Shown: piece by piece, positions 42,148 to 49,070 of the stretch
How positions within the stretch are numbered: the stretch's first letter is position 1
Layout of the letters: each line of letters opens with the position of its first letter
Source of the DNA: Parachlamydiales bacterium
Lineage (GTDB): Bacteria; Chlamydiota; Chlamydiia; Chlamydiales; SM23-39
Direction of reading: 5' to 3'
NCBI GenBank assembly: GCA_015661075.1
Contig: JACVQJ010000001.1
Span: 15,298 to 79,297, forward strand
Length of the DNA stretch: 64,000 nucleotides
Position numbers and translations under genes: made by a program
The notes under the pieces: model-generated
Database searches by the model: none
What the model was told of the DNA's origin: nothing
Seen by the model: the letters and a program-made list of their open reading frames with translations, nothing else

Positions 42148-42519
42148 GTGGCCCATCCCCTCACATCGCGCAAGCGCGCCAATGCATATTCAACCGCTCT
42201 TTTGCTCATTGGACTGGCCATACCGGCCATCATTGGAACATGGTGGCCAGGCATCATGCTCGTCATCGGATTACCGCTCGCCCTAAGACAATTTCTGTTA
42301 GGCCGCATTTATGACACGATGATCACCTTGCTGGTTTTCGCCGGAACGTTCATCACGGCCGAGTTCGATATCTCGTGGCGGATTTTCCTTCCCATCGTCT
42401 TTACTCTCGGCGCGATCTACGTGCTTGCGCGCGAATATCTCGAATCGCGCAGTGAGACGGAAGAAGAGGTCGAGGAAGACACCAACCTTGAGATCGAAGA
42501 GCAGAAAAAGAAAAAATAG
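42148..42519 (+). CDS. small membrane protein with acidic C-terminal tail
   Basis: Three to four hydrophobic helices followed by 'ESRSETEEEVEEDTNLEIEEQKKKK'. Confidence 0.45.
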   Translation: MAHPLTSRKRANAYSTALLLIGLAIPAIIGTWWPGIMLVIGLPLALRQFLLGRIYDTMITLLVFAGTFITAEFDISWRIFLPIVFTLGAIYVLAREYLESRSETEEEVEEDTNLEIEEQKKKK

Positions 42520-42719
42520 CTGTGTGAAGTTGCAAAGTCGTGATTATAGTCCCATTCAGGGGTGTCGATAAATAGCTGAGGCAAATCATTATCATCTGCA
42601 AAAGCTTCGAACTCGTCTCGAAACTTTTTTAAAAAACCTGGTATTGGTTTTCTGTAATCCAGAAGTCTTTGTAATGGTCTAAAATAAAACAATGGCATCG
42701 CTTCGCTCGCCATGGCTTT

Positions 42720-43283
42720 TTAAGGACGTACAGTTTTCGTCCCTTCCCCCTTCGATTTCAACCTTTCAATTTCCTTCCGCAATTCTCGGTTTTCAGTTTC
42801 TGCAGCTATCTTGTCACGTTGATTTGTATGCAATAATGCATTAGTCAAACCGTCGATTTTTGCATCCAGTTTTTCCATTCCCCTATCGATTTTTGCATCC
42901 AGTTTTTCCATCGCTTGGTTTAGTTCTTGTTTAGTCACACGTCGATAAAAGGTATCAAAGAGCATACCAGATGCGCCGGCGAGTCCAAGAGTTGCCCCCA
43001 CAACTCTGATGCGGTTATTGACGTCCCAAGGTCCAGCAGTAAAACCGCCCGCAGGAGAATTAACTGTTGTTGCTCGTTGTACTGAAGAAAGAGTAATCCT
43101 TCTAGGATGCCTCCTCACAACGTTATCTTTAGGGGCTGTTTCTGTAAACCCATTGGCTTTTTTTAAAGTTGCAGCATTCATTCGACGGCTGCATTGGAGC
43201 ATTGATTGCAATCTTGAAGATCCCGAAAAGGACCCAAGTCTTGCGAGAGATGAAGAATACGTGGCATTGATTAATCGAATCAT
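42720..43283 (-). CDS. membrane/coiled-coil protein, paralogue 1 (11-residue 'MEKLDAKID' repeats x2)
   Basis: Paralogue of 47194..47787. Shared 'PAGGFTAGPWD', 'FYRRVTKQEL', 'NQRDKIAAET', 'NRELRKEIE'. Start set to the ATG preceded by GGAGG (43283), matching paralogue 2. Confidence 0.6.
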   Translation of the reverse strand: MIRLINATYSSSLARLGSFSGSSRLQSMLQCSRRMNAATLKKANGFTETAPKDNVVRRHPRRITLSSVQRATTVNSPAGGFTAGPWDVNNRIRVVGATLGLAGASGMLFDTFYRRVTKQELNQAMEKLDAKIDRGMEKLDAKIDGLTNALLHTNQRDKIAAETENRELRKEIERLKSKGEGTKTVRP

Positions 43284-43330
43284 AAGAACCTCCATGGAAT
43301 TTCACATTAGTGATATTACCACCTGTCACA
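42731..43330 (-). repeat. about 600-bp direct repeat, copy 1 (gene plus about 50 bp of 5' leader)
   Basis: Long identical runs with 47211-47832, for example cagtttctgcagctatcttgtcacgttgatttgtat. The boundaries are where similarity decays. Confidence 0.7.
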
Positions 43331-43356
43331 AATTATTACTGCTCATAAAACGGAGT

Positions 43357-43499
43357 AAAAAATCTCCTCCTTGAAAGGAGGAGATTTTTTACGCAGCTTT
43401 TGGAGGCGGTGCGGCTAAAGCCGCATACCGCATCTCATAAAATAGCTTACCTAGACCCACCCCTAAAGAGGTGGGATTGCGGCAAGCAGTGCGTTCAAG
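43357..43499 (+). repeat. three-hairpin intergenic repeat, copy B
   Basis: H1 'tctcctcc ttgaaa ggaggaga' is flanked by A- and T-runs. The H2 region is identical to copy A. The H3 inner stem is CCCACC/GGTGGG. Ends in GTTCAAG. Confidence 0.75.
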
Positions 43500-43600
43500 A
43501 AGGAGTTCAATTCCCTATCCTTTAATGTCAGTTTTAAGCGTTATTAAAATAGTTAATGCTTTTTATAAGCAGCGTTGCGATGTGAGAAATTAGAGACCTC

Positions 43601-43666
43601 TTGACAACTATTGAGTAGAAATGATATTTATTAGATAAAGCTCGTTTTGAGCTACGCTATCTCAAA
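43601..43666 (+). promoter_or_regulatory. candidate sigma70-like promoter and palindromic operator upstream of hipB-like gene
   Basis: TTGACA (43601-43606), N16, GATATT. TTTGAG-N9-CTCAAA palindrome at 43646-43666, just before the ATG at 43693. Confidence 0.3.
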
Positions 43667-43692
43667 TAGGGTTGGATAAAGGCAACATTAAA

Positions 43693-44025
43693 ATGATAAA
43701 GAATCCCGTTCAACTTTTGCCGCTGCCGGTGGAGCGAATGTTGAAGAAGTTTGGAGCCGATATTAAAATTGCACGTTTGAAGCGTGGGTTTACTGTTGAA
43801 ATGATGGCCCAAAGAATCGGTATTCATAGGTCGACCTATAGCAAGATAGAAAAAGGGAACCCAATGGTCGGATTGGGTGCTTACGCAGCCACATTATTCT
43901 CTTTGGGTTTTGGTACGCCTTTGGGTGATTTAATTGACCAGAGCAATGATGATACGGGGCTGTTGCTCGATTTAGAGAAACTGCCAAAAAGGGCTCGACC
44001 CAAAAAAAATCCGCAAGGTTTATGA
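43693..44025 (+). CDS. hipB: XRE-family HTH antitoxin (HipB-like)
   Basis: 'IKIARLKRGFTVEMMAQRIGIHRSTYSKIEKGNP' HTH_3 motif. ATGA overlap with hipA. Confidence 0.8.
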   Translation: MIKNPVQLLPLPVERMLKKFGADIKIARLKRGFTVEMMAQRIGIHRSTYSKIEKGNPMVGLGAYAATLFSLGFGTPLGDLIDQSNDDTGLLLDLEKLPKRARPKKNPQGL

Positions 44026-45311
44026 ACAGACAAATCAAAATTTATATTGGCGATGTGAAAAGACTTGTGGGAATTTTATTTTTCAACGCATCTGGCAATC
44101 GCGAGAGTAGTGGCTTGGAGTATAGTCCTGAGTGGATCGAATCTAACATAAGCTTTGAAATCGATCCGGCACTGCCTCTTGGACATGGACGCGCCTTTCG
44201 ATCAAAGAAAGAAGGGAGCTCTGTTTTTCATGGCGCTATTGCCGATTCGGAGCCCGATGGATGGGCCAGACAAGTGATTTTGCGAGCCAATGGCAAACGC
44301 CGAAAGGAGAAGAAAGATGGAATTTCTATTGACGATTCCCCGTTGACTTCTCTTGATTTCCTTTTGGCTGTTGACGATTTTTCTCGAATCGGTGCGCTTA
44401 GATTTCAGGATGAAAGTGGGGTGTTGCAACGCGAAGGGAGAAAGGGGAATCGAACAGCTCCGCCGCTCATTGAACTCGATTCCCTATTGCGAGCAACTCG
44501 AGCGGTTGAAACCGATACAGAAACAACTGCTGATTTAGAATACTTACGTGGTCGAGGGACTTCACTTGGGGGATTAAGACCTAAATGCACTGTGATCGAC
44601 CAAGATGGCTCCTTGTCAATTGGAAAATTTCCAAGTGTTCATGATTCCTATTCTGTAACAAAGGGTGAGGTGTTGGCCCTGCGCATAGCAGCTGCAGCGG
44701 GTATTCAAGCCGCCGAAGCCCGTATTGTAGAGAGCGATGGAACAGCGGTTGCTTTAATTAAACGGTTTGATCGGGGATCGCGTGGCGAGCGCATTCCTTA
44801 TCTTTCAGCTGCAACGCTTCTTGGTATAGAAGATAGTCACCAAGTCCACACTTATACAGAAATTGTCGATGCGCTTAAGCGATACAGCCCAGACTATATA
44901 GCAGATGCGGAAGAGTTATGGCGCAGGATTGCACTGACAATTTTGATCACCAATGTTGATGATCATATGCGCAATCATGGCTTTTTGCATGCGACTAAAA
45001 ATCAATGGCGTCTCTCACCGGCCTTTGATATCAATCCCTTTCCTGATAGACGGAGAGTACTTAAAACCTGGATTGCCGAATCAATGGGCGATGCTTCCAG
45101 CATTCAATCATTGATGGAGGCGGCTCCCTATTTTGGTATTGAATCCAGACGTGCTTGCGCGCTCCTTTCTACTGTCGAAGGAGCGGTTGCTCGTTGGCGA
45201 CAAATTGGAAAAGAGATCGGTATGAAGGCCTCAGAGCTCAATGCATTCGAAACAGCTTTTGAGCATGATGAGCGGCTTTCTGCTCGCCGAATCATCGAGC
45301 GGATAAATTGA
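44022..45311 (+). CDS. hipA: HipA-family serine/threonine kinase toxin
   Basis: HipA N-terminal coupling region, 'LGGLRPKCTV', and catalytic 'ILITNVDDHMRNHGFL'. Confidence 0.9.
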   Translation: MNRQIKIYIGDVKRLVGILFFNASGNRESSGLEYSPEWIESNISFEIDPALPLGHGRAFRSKKEGSSVFHGAIADSEPDGWARQVILRANGKRRKEKKDGISIDDSPLTSLDFLLAVDDFSRIGALRFQDESGVLQREGRKGNRTAPPLIELDSLLRATRAVETDTETTADLEYLRGRGTSLGGLRPKCTVIDQDGSLSIGKFPSVHDSYSVTKGEVLALRIAAAAGIQAAEARIVESDGTAVALIKRFDRGSRGERIPYLSAATLLGIEDSHQVHTYTEIVDALKRYSPDYIADAEELWRRIALTILITNVDDHMRNHGFLHATKNQWRLSPAFDINPFPDRRRVLKTWIAESMGDASSIQSLMEAAPYFGIESRRACALLSTVEGAVARWRQIGKEIGMKASELNAFETAFEHDERLSARRIIERIN

Positions 45312-45446
45312 ACCCCTCCTTCAAAAGGAGGGGATTCTTTCTCCGCTTAAGGATGCGGTGCGGCAAAGCCGCATACCGCAGAATAAAATAGCTTGCCTAG
45401 ACCACCCCTTATGGGGTGGGACTCTAGGCAAGCAGTGCGTTCAAAT
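45308..45446 (+). repeat. three-hairpin intergenic repeat, copy C
   Basis: TTGAAC-[CCCCTCC/GGAGGGG]-[GCGGC aaa GCCGC]-[GCTTGCCTAG..CCACCCC ttat GGGGTGG..CTAGGCAAGC]-GTTCAAAT. The terminal repeats contain the TGA stops of hipA and of the convergent ORF. Confidence 0.75.
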
Positions 45447-45755
45447 AGACTGTTTTCGCTTTGAGCGTCTTTTTCGTAATGGCGAGATTGTCATGAGCTG
45501 TGTTGCTTTGTGAACAACTCGACCGTTTTTTATGCTGATTTCAATACGGTATCGATCAAATTCAAGGATTTGGCGATCAGCATTTGACTGTGCCTCATCA
45601 AAAATCACACAGAGCAAATCTCCTTGATCGGAAAAAAAGCCGACCCCATCTCCTTTTTTAGCTTCTACGGCATCTCCTTTAGGCCCCGAACTCCACGAAA
45701 TCGTCAAAGAAGCTGAGCCCTCAATCGGATGAAAGAATACTTTTCCCTTCTTCAT
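45441..45755 (-). CDS. hypothetical small protein (weak DUF2283-like)
   Basis: 104 aa. 'GDGVGFFSDQGDLLCVIFDEA' faintly resembles DUF2283. Basic C-terminal tail. Divergent from the Fic-like gene. Confidence 0.35.
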   Translation of the reverse strand: MKKGKVFFHPIEGSASLTISWSSGPKGDAVEAKKGDGVGFFSDQGDLLCVIFDEAQSNADRQILEFDRYRIEISIKNGRVVHKATQLMTISPLRKRRSKRKQSI

Positions 45756-45812
45756 AAAGTCGCCTCAAAAAAAAGCGAACATAATGACAGACTTTTTTTC
45801 CTGAGGCAAACG

Positions 45813-45896
45813 AAATGGCCGTATTCCTTGATTTTTGGCCGTATTTATATTAAAATGGCCGTATATGAGCGAAAAACCAAAAAAAATGGCCGTATT
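45813..45896 (+). promoter_or_regulatory. four direct repeats (A/T)(A/T)(A/T)TGGCCGTAT phased 20, 20 and 31 bp apart
   Basis: TGGCCGTAT starts at 45816, 45836, 45856 and 45887. Lies in the divergent region between 45441..45755(-) and the Fic-like gene. Confidence 0.45.
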
Positions 45897-47202
45897 ACAT
45901 CAATTGAGTCTTGAGTCAGACCCAATCTGCCTCAATGAAATTCTTGAAAAATTGGGCCAAGGATACGTCGAACGGAGCGTGCGAAGGTGGCTGGCCGAAA
46001 TGATTCAAGAAGGACTAGTTGAAAAAATCGGAAATAAACGAGGCACGAAATATCGAGTTCTCCAACGAGAGAATAGGTCTATAGCAAGCTGCTTTGGACC
46101 GGAAAGTCTCAAAATTATTGCTGTTGTAAGACGTCCCCTTTACGAAAGAGTGCCCGTTGCTTATGCAGACCACTGGTTCGATGCCTATCATCCCAACAAG
46201 GATTTCTATCTTTCTCCTGCATACCGGGCACAGCTCTTTGAGGCCGGAAAACGGTCCCAAAATGAAGAACCGGCCGGTACGTACGCACATCAAATTTTCA
46301 ATCGATTACTCATCGATCTTTCCTACAATTCCTCTCGACTAGAAGGAAACACCTATTCGTTATTAGATACACAGAAACTGCTTTTGGAAGGAGCGGAAGC
46401 GGAAGGAAAGCTGGATGAAGAAAAAATCATGATTCTCAATCACAAAGAAGCCATACGTTATTTAGTTGATAATGCTTCCAAGCTAGATGTAAGCACACAA
46501 ACAATTAGTACTCTTCATTTTCTCCTTTCTGACGGACTAGTGGAAACACGTTTTGCGGGAAAAGTAAGAGATTTTGGTGTTCGCATTGGAGGATCGACCT
46601 ATGTGCCTTTTGAAGATGGGAAACAATTGCAGAAAAGATTGGATCGAATTGCCGAAAAAGCTGCGATTATTAAGGACCCTTTCGAGCAAAGTATTTTTTT
46701 GTTGATACATATTACTTATTTGCAAGCCTTTTCAGATGTAAATAAACGAACAGCGCGACTCAGCGCAAACATTTCTCTTATTAAATACAATTTAGTGCCC
46801 TTATCATTTAGCGATGTGGATCGGGACGATTATATTTCAGCGGTGATCGCAATCTATGAATTGCAAAAAGTTCGTCCAATGATTGACTTATTTATATTTT
46901 CCTACATGCGCACCTGTGCAATGTATGATTCTACTGTAAAATCGATCGGTTTTGACGCAATACGCGTTCGATATCGGCAGCAAAGACGCGCTATCATTCG
47001 TGACATTATTCTTAAGAAATTAAAAGGATCCGCCATGCAGAAATTCATACTCACTTCTGCTAAATTGATCCAGGGAAACGATCGAAAATCTTTTATAGAA
47101 GATGTCACAGAAGATCTCCATGAACTCGATCAAAACCGCATTGCAGGACTTGGCATCACGCCAGAAGAGCTGGCTGCCTGGAAACATTCATTTTTAAAAT
47201 GA
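45865..47202 (+). CDS. wHTH-Fic family protein with degenerate active-site motif
   Basis: N-terminal wHTH ('ERSVRRWLAEMIQEGLVEKIGNKRGTKYRV') and inhibitory 'SSRLEGN'. The Fic motif reads 'QAFSDVNKRTAR' (46723-46758) instead of HxFx(D/E)GNGRxxR. Start set to ATG 45865; ATG 45887 is also possible. Confidence 0.75.
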   Translation: MSEKPKKMAVLHQLSLESDPICLNEILEKLGQGYVERSVRRWLAEMIQEGLVEKIGNKRGTKYRVLQRENRSIASCFGPESLKIIAVVRRPLYERVPVAYADHWFDAYHPNKDFYLSPAYRAQLFEAGKRSQNEEPAGTYAHQIFNRLLIDLSYNSSRLEGNTYSLLDTQKLLLEGAEAEGKLDEEKIMILNHKEAIRYLVDNASKLDVSTQTISTLHFLLSDGLVETRFAGKVRDFGVRIGGSTYVPFEDGKQLQKRLDRIAEKAAIIKDPFEQSIFLLIHITYLQAFSDVNKRTARLSANISLIKYNLVPLSFSDVDRDDYISAVIAIYELQKVRPMIDLFIFSYMRTCAMYDSTVKSIGFDAIRVRYRQQRRAIIRDIILKKLKGSAMQKFILTSAKLIQGNDRKSFIEDVTEDLHELDQNRIAGLGITPEELAAWKHSFLK

Positions 47203-47787
47203 TGAACGCACTGTTTTCGTCTCTTCCCCCTTCGATTTCAAGCTTTCAATTTCCTTACGCAATTCTCGGTTGTCAGTTTCTGCAGCTATCTTGTCACGTT
47301 GATTTGTATACAATAATGCATTAGTCAAACCGTCGATTTTTGCACCCAGTTTTTCCATTCCCTTATCGATTTTTGCATCCAATTTTCCAATTTCCTTATC
47401 GATTTTTGCATCCAGTTTTTCCATCGCTTGCTGTAGTTCTTGTTTAGTCACACGTCGATAAAAGATATCAAAGAGCATACCAGCGGCGACGACGACGCCA
47501 AGGGTTGCCCCCACATCCCCGATACAGTTATTGGCATCCCAAGGTCCGGCAGTAAAACCGCCTGCAGGAGGATTAACAGTTTTTTCTGATCTTACTGGAG
47601 ATAAAGTAACCCTGCGAGGAAGAGTGTTTGGAAGGTTTTTCATAACGTCATCTTTATAGGCCTTTTCTGAAATTTTAGTACTCATTCGACGACTGAACAG
47701 GAGCATTGATTGCAATCTTGAAGATCCCAAAAGGGACCCAGGTCTTGCGAAAGATGGAAAATGCGCGGCATTGATTAACCGAATCAT
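47194..47787 (-). CDS. membrane/coiled-coil protein, paralogue 2 (11-residue repeats x3)
   Basis: Paralogue of 42720..43283 with GGAGG 5 nt before the ATG. Carries one extra 33-bp repeat unit. The 3' end overlaps the Fic-like gene by 9 nt. Confidence 0.6.
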   Translation of the reverse strand: MIRLINAAHFPSFARPGSLLGSSRLQSMLLFSRRMSTKISEKAYKDDVMKNLPNTLPRRVTLSPVRSEKTVNPPAGGFTAGPWDANNCIGDVGATLGVVVAAGMLFDIFYRRVTKQELQQAMEKLDAKIDKEIGKLDAKIDKGMEKLGAKIDGLTNALLYTNQRDKIAAETDNRELRKEIESLKSKGEETKTVRSSF

Positions 47788-47832
47788 AAGAACCTCCTGG
47801 AATTAAACAATAGTGATATTACCAACTTGTCT
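47211..47832 (-). repeat. about 600-bp direct repeat, copy 2
   Basis: See copy 1 at 42731-43330. Same orientation, about 4.5 kb apart. Confidence 0.7.
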
Positions 47833-47949
47833 CAATGAATGCATTCCTGTTTTTTTTGACCGAAAAGGAAGAATTATCAAACTTACATGCGACTATGGAG
47901 AGCGCAACGAGGGCGATTTGATCGATGGCCTGCCCAAGAACGGGAACCC

Positions 47950-47987
47950 ATTTATTTCATTAAAGGGACGTGTACGCATGAAATAAA

Positions 47988-47988
<1 letters not shown>
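47950..47988 (-). terminator. AT-rich hairpin abutting the trpS stop codon
   Basis: tttatttcat (47951-47960) pairs with atgaaataaa (47978-47987), leaving a 17-nt loop. Confidence 0.3.
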
Positions 47989-49001
<1,013 letters not shown>

Positions 49002-49070
49002 TCATAATACAATTTCTTATTGAAAAACAAGACTTGCGGCAAACGCGGGAATATGGGATGAGATAGAGCG

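Noticed and set aside
42417-42713. 98-aa ORF directly downstream of paralogue 1 ('MPLFYFRPLQRLLDYRKPIPGFLKKFRDEFEAF...')
   Set aside because: Its last third is the antisense of the acidic tail of the convergent membrane-protein gene (Ser/Phe-rich junk), and no family was recognised. It could be a truncated gene fragment, so it is not called as a feature.
43357-45446. Idea that the three-hairpin repeats are integron attC sites flanking a hipBA cassette
   Set aside because: There is no intI-like integrase or attI in the window. attC folds as one imperfect hairpin with RYYYAAC/GTTRRRY cores, whereas this element has three independent hairpins and GTTCAA ends. hipBA also has its own promoter-like sequence.
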